Shown: one piece after another, positions 31,229 through 40,132 of the stretch
Numbering within the stretch: the stretch's first letter is position 1
How the letters are laid out: each line of letters begins with the position of its first letter
Assembly: GCA_037447435.1 (NCBI GenBank)
Contig: JBBIGR010000001.1
Span: 96,001 to 160,000, forward strand
Length of the DNA stretch: 64,000 nt
Reading direction: 5' to 3'
Source: Fibrobacteria bacterium
GTDB lineage: Bacteria > Fibrobacterota > Chitinivibrionia > Chitinivibrionales > FEN-1185
Made by a program: the position numbers and the translations under genes
The notes under the pieces: generated by a model
What the model was told of the DNA's origin: nothing
The model's database searches: none
Seen by the model: only the letters and a program-made list of their open reading frames with translations

Positions 31229-31747
31229 ATGGATAAAAGAATTGTGGATCTTCTCAGTACCATTCATGCCGAAGCTTCATTCCTTTTGCTTTCGGGCAAG
31301 GATTACTGCGGGGGCGATTTTGTGCTGGAAACCTGCGCGGGCTGCAAATGCTTTTTTGCCTGTGAATCTGTGACCAGAGGAAACAAATTACTGACCGATA
31401 TAAGAAAAGAACTGCCTATCAAAGGGAGCGAAATGAACCGGGAAGTGTATGAAGTGAAATGCCAGCTTGTTTTGGATTGGGCGCGTGCCGAAGTGAGGCA
31501 TTTTTCCGATTTTGCAGCAGGACCTGAAGAAGTAACCCGCGCAATGGAATTCATGAAAAGCATTTCGGAAATAGAACCGTATATCAAGTCCTCTTTCGCG
31601 CTCATGGATACCATTAAAAAAATGATCGGCGAATATCATATCATGCTGGAACTTCTCGACCAAAAGGCGCCGAAATGGCGCGACAATTTCTCTTTTGACA
31701 AAACCGGCGCCGAAGCGCAGGCATTGGTGAACCGGATTTTAGGATAA
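31229..31747 (+). CDS. Hypothetical protein with Cys cluster
   Basis: GGAGG RBS; CAGCKCFFAC motif; helical C-terminus. Confidence 0.7.
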   Translation: MDKRIVDLLSTIHAEASFLLLSGKDYCGGDFVLETCAGCKCFFACESVTRGNKLLTDIRKELPIKGSEMNREVYEVKCQLVLDWARAEVRHFSDFAAGPEEVTRAMEFMKSISEIEPYIKSSFALMDTIKKMIGEYHIMLELLDQKAPKWRDNFSFDKTGAEAQALVNRILG

Positions 31748-32120
31748 AATATCCAACCCATGTTCCGCATGGGGTAAGTTTATTTTATAGATTATTTACA
31801 CTTCGAGTACATAGTGCACGCGCAAAATACGTATATAATTCAGATATAGGTACTCAGCGTCCCGCGTTTATATTTATATACTAACCATTTTCTGACAACC
31901 CGCTAGTATTCCTCATATTAATTATTGAATTGAAACTTTTATTTAAACTTCATCTAGGGCAATGATGAAAAACTTGATATTTTTCCTTGTCACTCAAACA
32001 TATAAATCTCACCATCTTTTAATTTGTTCCTAACTTTAATCATTGATTTTATTCAACAAATATTTGAATTGAACATTTGTTATTTATTCTTTTTTCCCTT
32101 TTTCCTGGAGAATAATTACT

Positions 32121-33044
32121 ATGAAACGAACAATGTTTGCTTTTTTAATTGTATTAGGCGCTTTTTTGCAAGGTTGGTGTTTGGACAATGTTGTCATAAG
32201 AGGACGAGTCATCGACAGTACTGCTTCACAACCGGTTTCCGGGCTGCAGGTATCAGCGAATTTTTTTCTGAAAACACCCAAAACAACAGCAACAAATGCT
32301 TCCGGCATGTATGAAATCGGTTTTGCGGGTTCCGAGGTCACTGCCGGTGGGGCGATTACCCTTAAAACAGACCTTGCTTTAGGCAATTTACAATACAGCT
32401 CACAAATAGTTTCAGTTCCTGCAGGCGCAAATCAAAACGATGGCATCAACGACACAGTGAATGTTGCCGATATAGTCGTAAAATCTTCGGTGAAATTTGA
32501 TTCTATTAGTATCAAGGGTAAAGTCATTGACAGTGTATCAAATAATCCTGTCCCGAACGTATCGGTAAATATTTTGTATATGAAGGTTGGCTCCTATGTC
32601 CTAACTACCATTTCACTTAAAACAGGTTCTGATGGAACATTTTCTTGGGATTCGGTCAATTGCTTTTCCATTAAAAAGGTCTCCTTCAGCGTCCCTACGG
32701 TTGCCGGTTTTATAAAGGGTTTTGCAGCAGACGACTCTCTTCCGTCAAATGCCAATATTTCAGACGGCACCAAGGACGTCATATCCCATACGATTATGGT
32801 CAAGTTGCTTTCGGGCGTCAGGCCGGTATTGGCTTCTAATTTTTCAACAACAAAAGCTTTCGGGCCTGTATCTGTTTCCTTTTATGGAATCGACGGTCGC
32901 CTCCTGCTTCACACCATGATATCGGACATTGCAAAGTTTGATGCCGGCCAGGCAAAATCCCTGTTCCGCTCTGCAAGGCCCGTTATAATGGTCTGGAGAC
33001 AGGGTAATCAAACGATTTCGAAAAAATTGTTTGTAACGAAATAA
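32121..33044 (+). CDS. Secreted protein with two carboxypeptidase-regulatory-like domains and sorting-domain-like tail
   Basis: GGAG RBS; signal peptide; IRGRVIDS...QPV and IKGKVIDS...NPV repeats; FYGIDGRLL tail. Confidence 0.7.
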   Translation: MKRTMFAFLIVLGAFLQGWCLDNVVIRGRVIDSTASQPVSGLQVSANFFLKTPKTTATNASGMYEIGFAGSEVTAGGAITLKTDLALGNLQYSSQIVSVPAGANQNDGINDTVNVADIVVKSSVKFDSISIKGKVIDSVSNNPVPNVSVNILYMKVGSYVLTTISLKTGSDGTFSWDSVNCFSIKKVSFSVPTVAGFIKGFAADDSLPSNANISDGTKDVISHTIMVKLLSGVRPVLASNFSTTKAFGPVSVSFYGIDGRLLLHTMISDIAKFDAGQAKSLFRSARPVIMVWRQGNQTISKKLFVTK

Positions 33045-33120
33045 TTTTCGTATCGATGCGTGCATAAATACGGACCTAAATTTACTCCGGCAAAAAGAAA
33101 CGATTTTTTTGAAAGGTACC

Positions 33121-33726
33121 ATGAAACACCGAAATTCACTTTTTATAGGACATGCGAAAACCGCATGCGTATTTCTCTGTGCAGTTTTGTTTTCCGCATC
33201 ATTTGCCGCTAATCCATACGTCGAATTGAAAAGCAGCACGGTCTGGTCGTTTTTCAAAGATGACAAACGGATGATTGTCAAGGTCACCGGTCAAGACACT
33301 ATTGCCGGAAAAAAATGTTATAAAATCGAATGGCATCCTGATAATGGACAAGCAATGCTCCAAACCGAATATTGGTTCGAAAAAAGCGACAGCATTTTCT
33401 GTCAGGGTGTAAAGGCTTTCGGATCCAAAATCGCATATGTGAAGCCGGGACTCGTGGTGGCAAAAAGCACCAAACCCGGTGACCAGTGGAAAATTGTCCT
33501 TGGTGCCGCCCCTTTCGGCGACACTGTTATTTATAAGGCCGAGGGCTTTGATACCGTTTTGGAAGGGTCGGAAAAAACTATTTCCCTCCATATTTCACGT
33601 AAAAGCAGGGGAGCAAATCTTGATCGATGGTTCGGATTGGGAGGCAAAGGGATCATGCGTGAGGAAACGATGCAAAAGAACGAAGGTTTATCATTAATCA
33701 AGTTGAAAGAAAACGCATTAAAATAA
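33121..33726 (+). CDS. Hypothetical secreted protein
   Basis: ATG 33121; signal peptide (ASFAA); beta-rich. Confidence 0.65.
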   Translation: MKHRNSLFIGHAKTACVFLCAVLFSASFAANPYVELKSSTVWSFFKDDKRMIVKVTGQDTIAGKKCYKIEWHPDNGQAMLQTEYWFEKSDSIFCQGVKAFGSKIAYVKPGLVVAKSTKPGDQWKIVLGAAPFGDTVIYKAEGFDTVLEGSEKTISLHISRKSRGANLDRWFGLGGKGIMREETMQKNEGLSLIKLKENALK

Positions 33727-33765
33727 TTGCCGGATTAAAACGCTATTACGGTCAAAGGACAAAAT

Positions 33766-34653
33766 ATGGGTACAAATAGTTCATTTTTAAAACCTCTCAC
33801 CAACTGGTTGTTCTTTTTCAGTTCTTTTGCTTTATTTTTTTGTGACTGCACATCATCGGTAACAGATAATTACGATCCGGGCCTTTCTCCACCTGCCGGT
33901 ATTTTTAGCAAAACCACATGGAATTATTATACGATTTCAGACACCATTCTTTTAATGGGCCAAAAATGCGATTGCGTTAAAGATTCTTCAATTCCAACAG
34001 CAACCATTACAAAGTACAACTTTAAACTTTCCGGTATTCACCTTCAGATTAGAACCCCTTTAGGCGATTCCTTATCCGGTGAATCAAAGGCATACTCGAT
34101 GCTTTATTTTGAAAGGCTTTGGGGAAATAGTTTTGAAGGCGGCTGGACAATTAAATCAGATTCGCTTATTATTCCCGGAGAATTGGCATCCGCGGATTCA
34201 CAAAAGTTTCAGGCTCTTGAAGACAGTCAGCATCTGGCTTTACGTTCATGCTGGCTTAATATTCAAGGAAATCAATTTACATTGAATTCTCTGCCCGATA
34301 CGGGAAAATTCACCGCAGCTTTTATTGCCCAGTATAACGACACTTTTTCAAAATATTACAATGTGACTTTTCAACCAATTAGCGCTGATTCACTGGACCT
34401 GGTTTTCAGCTATCCCGGGTCTGCAGACGCAGAAATTGTAGCAATTGCACGGAATATTATGGGACTTATTATTACTTCAACCGCTCCGGGGACAATTGGT
34501 AATTTAATGGGAGATAATGCACCGACAATGTATAAAAGTCTGAATCTGCATGATTCCAATCCATATATTTTTCGCGGTGGTTGTCCCTCGCGTCAATATC
34601 CCGACTGGCTCCAAAAAGGTTTGCTTTTAAAGTATAAAAAACCGGTTTATTAA
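33766..34653 (+). CDS. Hypothetical (lipo)protein
   Basis: AAGGA RBS; hydrophobic leader followed by Cys; no recognised domain. Confidence 0.6.
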   Translation: MGTNSSFLKPLTNWLFFFSSFALFFCDCTSSVTDNYDPGLSPPAGIFSKTTWNYYTISDTILLMGQKCDCVKDSSIPTATITKYNFKLSGIHLQIRTPLGDSLSGESKAYSMLYFERLWGNSFEGGWTIKSDSLIIPGELASADSQKFQALEDSQHLALRSCWLNIQGNQFTLNSLPDTGKFTAAFIAQYNDTFSKYYNVTFQPISADSLDLVFSYPGSADAEIVAIARNIMGLIITSTAPGTIGNLMGDNAPTMYKSLNLHDSNPYIFRGGCPSRQYPDWLQKGLLLKYKKPVY

Positions 34654-34698
34654 CTAGCTTTCGCATGCGGGTGATTCATTGATGAAATGCCGGGTAGG

Positions 34699-34905
34699 TT
34701 ACGGCTTTTTTTCCAAGGCAGATCCGCAAAACGGACATACGGACAGCATTTTCAATTCGGTTCTTTTCGACAGAAAATCATTGTCATTGGGGATTAAATC
34801 ATCGTTGTCCGTTGTTCCGATTTCGCTGTCCATTACCAATTTCAACTCTTCACAACAGTAAACTTTTTTTATTTGCGTCAATCGTTTCGTAAAAACCTTG
34901 CGCAT
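34699..34905 (-). CDS. Small putative zinc-binding protein
   Basis: AGGAG RBS; YCCEEL...CPFCG. Confidence 0.55.
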   Translation of the reverse strand: MRKVFTKRLTQIKKVYCCEELKLVMDSEIGTTDNDDLIPNDNDFLSKRTELKMLSVCPFCGSALEKKP

Positions 34906-34954
34906 TCTCCTGATAAAAGAACTGACGGTTTTCGGAAATAAAGCGTTGTTAACG

Positions 34955-35653
34955 TTATGAAGACGGAAAAATTCCGTTATCTTTTACGTTAATCAATTTT
35001 CCGTCCGAAAGAGCAAACCTTTTTGTCGCCCGGGCAGCAACATTTTTATCATGCGTCACCAATACAACGGTGCCACCGTCCTTTACAAACTCATCAAAAT
35101 AACCGCAAATTTTTACAGCATTGTCCGGGTCAAGGTTTCCCGTGGGCTCATCGGCAAAAAGGACCTTCGGACCATTGAGAAGCGCGCGGGCAAACGCGAC
35201 CCGTTGTTTTTCTCCAGTGGAAAGCTTCGACGGATAATGTCCGCTCCGCTTCGACATGGCAAACCGGTCGAGTAAACGGTCTGTTTCCGTTTCTGCGTCC
35301 CTGTTTGGTTTTGAGGTTTTGTCCGGTATCGAAGCGGCAAGAATATTTTCACGCACCGTTAAATACGGTAATAATAAAAGTTCCTGAAAAACAAAACCGA
35401 TTTCCGCGCTACGGATACTCGTCAGGTCTTTATCGGAAAAGCCGTATAAATCTTTGCCGTTCAAAGCGACTGTTCCACTATCCGGGCGCATAAGACCGCT
35501 TGCCAAAAGCATAAGTGTCGATTTCCCGCAGCCAGATTCACCGCGAATGGAAATAAAATCATTGGCCTTGATTTCAAATGACAAATTCCGTAGGACTTCA
35601 ATCCGTTTTGTCGGGCCTATAAACGTCTTGGTCACATTTTCAAGCAAAAGCAT
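34955..35653 (-). CDS. ABC transporter ATP-binding protein (LolD/MacB-like)
   Basis: GESGCGKST, LSTGEKQRV, FADEPTGNLD, VTHD. Confidence 0.92.
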   Translation of the reverse strand: MLLLENVTKTFIGPTKRIEVLRNLSFEIKANDFISIRGESGCGKSTLMLLASGLMRPDSGTVALNGKDLYGFSDKDLTSIRSAEIGFVFQELLLLPYLTVRENILAASIPDKTSKPNRDAETETDRLLDRFAMSKRSGHYPSKLSTGEKQRVAFARALLNGPKVLFADEPTGNLDPDNAVKICGYFDEFVKDGGTVVLVTHDKNVAARATKRFALSDGKLINVKDNGIFPSS

Positions 35654-35657
35654 TATT

Positions 35658-36929
35658 CTATTCCCCTTTAACTATTTCAGCCGGGTCTTCGCCTAGTACC
35701 GGCATTGCCCCGAGCCATCCGCAAACCATGGTGCATACGGGAGCAAGGACAATTGCGAAAACAACTTCTGCAATATCGACAAGAGACCAAACACCTACTC
35801 TTGTACGCATTGCAAGGACAATAAGAGCGCAAAAACCGCAGACAGCGCCGGCAATCGACCCTATAACGCCGATGAGCAGCGAACGCACGTTGACAAGAGC
35901 GGCGACCCTGCCTGCCGAAAAACCTATGGCACGGAGAATGCCGAACTCCGTACGGCGCTGCCGGGCATTTACATACGAAAGAACGCCGATGAAAACAACG
36001 CATGTTCCGATAAGCAGGGGCAAAACCAGAAAGAAATATTTTTCCTTTTCATGACGTAACGATGCCCTCGAGGTTTTTTCCGACAACAGTGCGGCTTTGG
36101 CATAATCCGCCGCTTTAGAGCGCGTTTCGGCCCGGGTAAGCGCCTGGGACGCAAATTCCACTATTTGCGTATTTGGAAGTATGGCGCCGATTTCGGCCCT
36201 AACTTGGTCGGGTTTTGCCATTGCGCATTGACATTCAAGAGCAAGGATGCCGTTAAGCAGGCCTTTTTTTCCAAACATCTCCTGTGCCTGTTTCAGGTTT
36301 ATCCACAAAGTAATATCATCTTTCGTGCCTTTCATGGGGTAACATCCTGCAACCGTAAACTGCCTGCCCATGAATTTGACAAAGCTCCCTTTTTTGCAGC
36401 CGATGCTGTTGTGCAATTCATAGCCAAGATATATCGTTCCGGAAGCTACATTGTCCCGCATGGGCTTTTTGGTTTCCGCCGAAGCGATTTTGACCTCCCC
36501 CATTGTTCCGACCGCCAGTACCGTCCGCTTCTGCTCCGGCCATACCACTTTCTGCTGCAGCAGCGGAAGAAGATGCTGGATAGTTGCTATTTTGGAATGA
36601 GCGAGGGTGTCTATGTACCAGTCGGGCATTGTTTTTGTCGCAAAATCATTGGCATATAAATCGGCAAGATCCTGGTCTTTGGGCAAAACGAGAATATTGA
36701 ACCCCATAGACGTGCCTATTTTGCGGTATTCCTCCTGCAATTGCTCGGTCTGGTCGGCAACTTCTTTTTCTTTTTTGGAAATGATGCTTTCGGTCGAAGC
36801 GTCAAACAGCCTGAGAAGTCCCGCTGTTGCAATCAAGGCGGCAACCGCGATAGCAACGGCGGCTATTGCCACGATTGTGATGTGGGACCTGTAGAAAAAC
36901 TCTTTTCGTACGATACTGAATAATGTCAT
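35658..36929 (-). CDS. FtsX/MacB-like ABC exporter permease
   Basis: True start ATG 36929 (MTLFSIVRKE); TM, large periplasmic loop, RRTEFGILRAIGF, C-terminal TMs; LECQC in the loop. Confidence 0.85.
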   Translation of the reverse strand: MTLFSIVRKEFFYRSHITIVAIAAVAIAVAALIATAGLLRLFDASTESIISKKEKEVADQTEQLQEEYRKIGTSMGFNILVLPKDQDLADLYANDFATKTMPDWYIDTLAHSKIATIQHLLPLLQQKVVWPEQKRTVLAVGTMGEVKIASAETKKPMRDNVASGTIYLGYELHNSIGCKKGSFVKFMGRQFTVAGCYPMKGTKDDITLWINLKQAQEMFGKKGLLNGILALECQCAMAKPDQVRAEIGAILPNTQIVEFASQALTRAETRSKAADYAKAALLSEKTSRASLRHEKEKYFFLVLPLLIGTCVVFIGVLSYVNARQRRTEFGILRAIGFSAGRVAALVNVRSLLIGVIGSIAGAVCGFCALIVLAMRTRVGVWSLVDIAEVVFAIVLAPVCTMVCGWLGAMPVLGEDPAEIVKGE

Positions 36930-37006
36930 TGAAAATCTTTTTACCCTTCGAAAATGTTGCTTAAAAACAATGCGGTGCGCATCGTTACAACCCTGGTTCT
37001 CCCCGT

Positions 37007-38440
37007 TTACGACGACGGTATTCCTGCAAACGCGTACAATGTCCCGTCGATGCTGTGGACAACTTTCATGCTGTCGGAAACCAATACCCCGGTGCATGAC
37101 CCGGCAGTACGATAAATTTTTATGATATTTCCGGTTTGTATGTCCACCGAAACAAGAACGCCTTTTTCCGCAGCCTCTGTAAGATAAAGGATGTGGCCGG
37201 CGCAGGTCATGGGTGCGCATCCGTCAAATGTCCGACGCCACTGCAATGCCCCGTTTTGCTGGTCGAAAGACCGCAAATCGCGCGACCGGACAAATACCCG
37301 TCCTTCCGCGGCAAGCATGAGTCGCACATCAACGTCATCGAGGTGCCAAAGCTCAGTGCCGGAAGCGGCATCGAGGCATTGTAAAAACGAATTGCCTAAA
37401 ATTGACCGATGCGATATGAAAACTCTGTTATTGTCCTGGCTTAATTGAGGGGCAACTGAAAGTACCATCGGTTCTTTAAATTGATGCTTCCATACGACAT
37501 TGCCGTTTGTCGCTAAGCAATACACGCCCTCGCCGCTCGCAATTAGGACGGATTCTTGATATATGCATACCCGGCTCGCAACCGCGTTTGCACCCAGGTT
37601 TTTTTTCCATTGCCGCAAGCCGGTTTGTGCGCTTATGGCATACACAGAATTTCCCGCACTCCAATACACTGTTTTGCCAACGATGGCAGGTGCGGAAGGA
37701 TCGAATGCCATACCCGGTTTACTGCTGAATTCCCATGAAAATGTTCCGGTGGAAGAATTAAATGCACGTAAAACTGGCATATCCTGTTGCATCGACACGC
37801 CGTACACCTGGTGCGAATCGGCCGATAGATACCCTGTTGCCGAAAGGGTAGACCGCCATGCGATATTTCCCTTTTTCATATTAACGGCAACGATCCTTCC
37901 GGAAGGCCCGTATTTTTCTATAGTGTAAACATTGCCTCCGCACAAGACCGGTGTGCATGCCCGAGACTCTTTGAATGCGGCAATATTGGGGACTTTCCAA
38001 AGTGTCTGGACCGGTGTGGGGACAATGCCCGCGTATGCCTCGGCCTGCAGGGGAACGCGGTCATTGAAAACAATGAGTGTTATTGCAAAACAGGCTATCA
38101 CGGAACCGTATGCATAGGCACGTATGCGTTTTGCGGCTTTGTACCGCCTGAAATCTTTATCGAGCGAAGCGGCGCATTTATTGGCGAGTGAACCGGCAAA
38201 CCCCTCTGAAGGTTCTTCCCTGAAAATTTCCGACCTGATGTTTTGTACTATCCCGAGGTAATCGTCGTTATACAAACGGCATTCTTCACATACGAGCATA
38301 TGCGCGTGTAATCGCCGGTCTTCAATGTCGGTAAGCGGACCATTTGTGCTTTTGCAAATAAGATCTTTATACCGTGTACAATCCTCGATGTGCAAGGCTC
38401 CTTCGATGATGCAGGACAGATTGTTTTTATTTAATTCCAT
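37007..38440 (-). CDS. Anti-sigma factor: zf-HC2 domain + TM + PQQ-like beta-propeller
   Basis: HMLVCEEC (HxxxCxxC); one TM helix; repeated A.D..TG...W propeller blades; overlaps the ECF sigma stop. Confidence 0.8.
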   Translation of the reverse strand: MELNKNNLSCIIEGALHIEDCTRYKDLICKSTNGPLTDIEDRRLHAHMLVCEECRLYNDDYLGIVQNIRSEIFREEPSEGFAGSLANKCAASLDKDFRRYKAAKRIRAYAYGSVIACFAITLIVFNDRVPLQAEAYAGIVPTPVQTLWKVPNIAAFKESRACTPVLCGGNVYTIEKYGPSGRIVAVNMKKGNIAWRSTLSATGYLSADSHQVYGVSMQQDMPVLRAFNSSTGTFSWEFSSKPGMAFDPSAPAIVGKTVYWSAGNSVYAISAQTGLRQWKKNLGANAVASRVCIYQESVLIASGEGVYCLATNGNVVWKHQFKEPMVLSVAPQLSQDNNRVFISHRSILGNSFLQCLDAASGTELWHLDDVDVRLMLAAEGRVFVRSRDLRSFDQQNGALQWRRTFDGCAPMTCAGHILYLTEAAEKGVLVSVDIQTGNIIKIYRTAGSCTGVLVSDSMKVVHSIDGTLYAFAGIPSS

Positions 38441-39006
38441 GTTCCCGTCTGTTGCAGGCTCATATTGGCTTTTCGGGCCAAAATGCGCAGCCGTTCTATA
38501 CCGCGTTGCGACCGCTTTTTTGCAGCTTCAACCGAACAGCCTACGATTTTTGCGATTTCTTCGAATGAGAGGTCCTGCGCGATTTTCAACATCACCACCT
38601 CACGTTCATTCGACGACAATTTTTCAACAAGTCTGCGGTAATTCGCGGAAATATCCGAAGATTGATCTTCTATGGCAACGTCCCATTCATCGGTGAGACG
38701 GATATCCAACATTGATCCTATTTTTTTTCTTCGGATCATGTCGATACAGATGTTCCGGAGGATACGGTAAAACCATGGTGCAAAAGGTTGACCTGCATGA
38801 AAATGCTCGCTTTTGTTCATAATACGCAGGAAAGCTTCCTGCAAGGCGTCTTCCGCACCTTCTTTTTCCAACATGTAACTTCGCGCAATAGAGAGTGCCG
38901 GCTTTGCATACCGTTCAATCAGCTCGCTGAATAGCCGGAAATCCCGGTTGTCGCGAAACGATATCATCAGCATTTCATCGGTCATTATATCCATAGTAAA
39001 TTCCAT
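38431..39006 (-). CDS. ECF RNA polymerase sigma factor
   Basis: AEDALQEAFL, FAPWFYRILRN.CID (region 2); LSFEEIAKIVG...RG (region 4); start at ATG 39006 or 38994. Confidence 0.92.
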   Translation of the reverse strand: MEFTMDIMTDEMLMISFRDNRDFRLFSELIERYAKPALSIARSYMLEKEGAEDALQEAFLRIMNKSEHFHAGQPFAPWFYRILRNICIDMIRRKKIGSMLDIRLTDEWDVAIEDQSSDISANYRRLVEKLSSNEREVVMLKIAQDLSFEEIAKIVGCSVEAAKKRSQRGIERLRILARKANMSLQQTGTWN

Positions 39007-39022
39007 TCGGGATTTTGTTCCG

Positions 39023-40054
39023 TTATTGGTTTCTCGGGCCGTTTGTTTTTGCGGAAACCGAGTCTTTTTTGGCAAGACATTGACCGGACGACAAACTGCC
39101 CAATTGCGGCAGGTCGTTGTCGTTGGCATCGACCGAGGTCTTCACGATCGGGCCCCAGTCGTACGTCATGAGCACGTCCTTGCCCGGGTTTTGCTCCTTT
39201 ATCGTGCAGGAGCATGAACCAGTCAGAAAGGCATTTGCCTGCATTATGTTTTTGGTGTTGATTCCTTTACCGACAAGTGCATACAAAAGGCGGCCGCGGC
39301 CGAAAATCGGGAATGCCATGGGCTCCTTTTCAAATGCGCCGAGACCGCGTTCGGAACTGATCAGAACTTTCACGAGGGTCTGTTCCTGCGGGTCGGTCCG
39401 TGAGACCTTCACCACAGAAAAAGTAACGCCGAGTCCTTCGGCAATTTTCCCCATCTGGGCCCGGTCTATCTTGGTTATTTCCGGAAGTTTGAGAGAATCT
39501 TTGCAGACCTTAAGACTGTTTTCCAGAGTTTTTTCAGCTGTTTTGTCTTTACTTTTGTCCCCGCTTTCAAGAAGAATCCACACCGCTGTCGTTCCTTTGG
39601 TGAGCCGGTCGTATATGGTTTTGCGGGCCGGTGAAGTGGAAAGGTATTTGACAGGCATGGAGTCGAGCGCGCCCATCCACAAAGGCACCGGTATCTTACT
39701 TTCATTTGGAAACATTACCGCAACCCAGGGAAACGGAAGCGAGGCGCCTGCGGCCATGAGCTGTTTGTTGGACTTTGCGACAGAATCGTCCGGTGAATGT
39801 ACACTCACCTTGTAAAACGAACCAACGGAGGTATTTTTTACTTTTGCTTTTTCCGCAACGGCAGTTTTTGACCCGGCTTCTGTCATTTCGGCAATTGTTT
39901 TTTTCTGCGCAGGGCTCAAATCACCTTTAGCGAATATCAATACTTCATAAGGATCAGTGGCCCACTGGGCGATCGCATAACGGTAAACCGGAATCGAACA
40001 AGCCCAAACAACGCCGACAAAGAAAAGGACCGGGAGAAAAACTTGAAAACGCAT
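39023..40054 (-). CDS. Exported hypothetical protein with CSIPVYRY and CSC motifs
   Basis: GAGG RBS; signal peptide ending VWAC; PIFGRGR; GSCSCTIKEQNPG. Confidence 0.75.
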   Translation of the reverse strand: MRFQVFLPVLFFVGVVWACSIPVYRYAIAQWATDPYEVLIFAKGDLSPAQKKTIAEMTEAGSKTAVAEKAKVKNTSVGSFYKVSVHSPDDSVAKSNKQLMAAGASLPFPWVAVMFPNESKIPVPLWMGALDSMPVKYLSTSPARKTIYDRLTKGTTAVWILLESGDKSKDKTAEKTLENSLKVCKDSLKLPEITKIDRAQMGKIAEGLGVTFSVVKVSRTDPQEQTLVKVLISSERGLGAFEKEPMAFPIFGRGRLLYALVGKGINTKNIMQANAFLTGSCSCTIKEQNPGKDVLMTYDWGPIVKTSVDANDNDLPQLGSLSSGQCLAKKDSVSAKTNGPRNQ

Positions 40055-40077
40055 GAATACCTCTTGATTTAAGTTAA

Positions 40078-40112
40078 GATTTCCCCCTCTCCCTCAGGGA
40101 GAGGGGGAAATC
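40078..40112. repeat. Perfect 17-bp inverted repeat (intra-operon hairpin, terminator- or REP-like)
   Basis: GATTTCCCCCTCTCCCT-C-AGGGAGAGGGGGAAATC between the propeller gene and the next gene. Confidence 0.85.
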
Positions 40113-40132
40113 ATTTTCAAATAACTATCGAA

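Noticed and set aside
36930..37220. N-terminal extension of the 520-aa permease ORF in the track
   Set aside because: Overlaps the anti-sigma gene and looks non-coding; ATG 36929 is the plausible start. The same applies to track extensions of the ECF (39129), exbD (46825), ATPase (57886) and HesA-like (62781) ORFs
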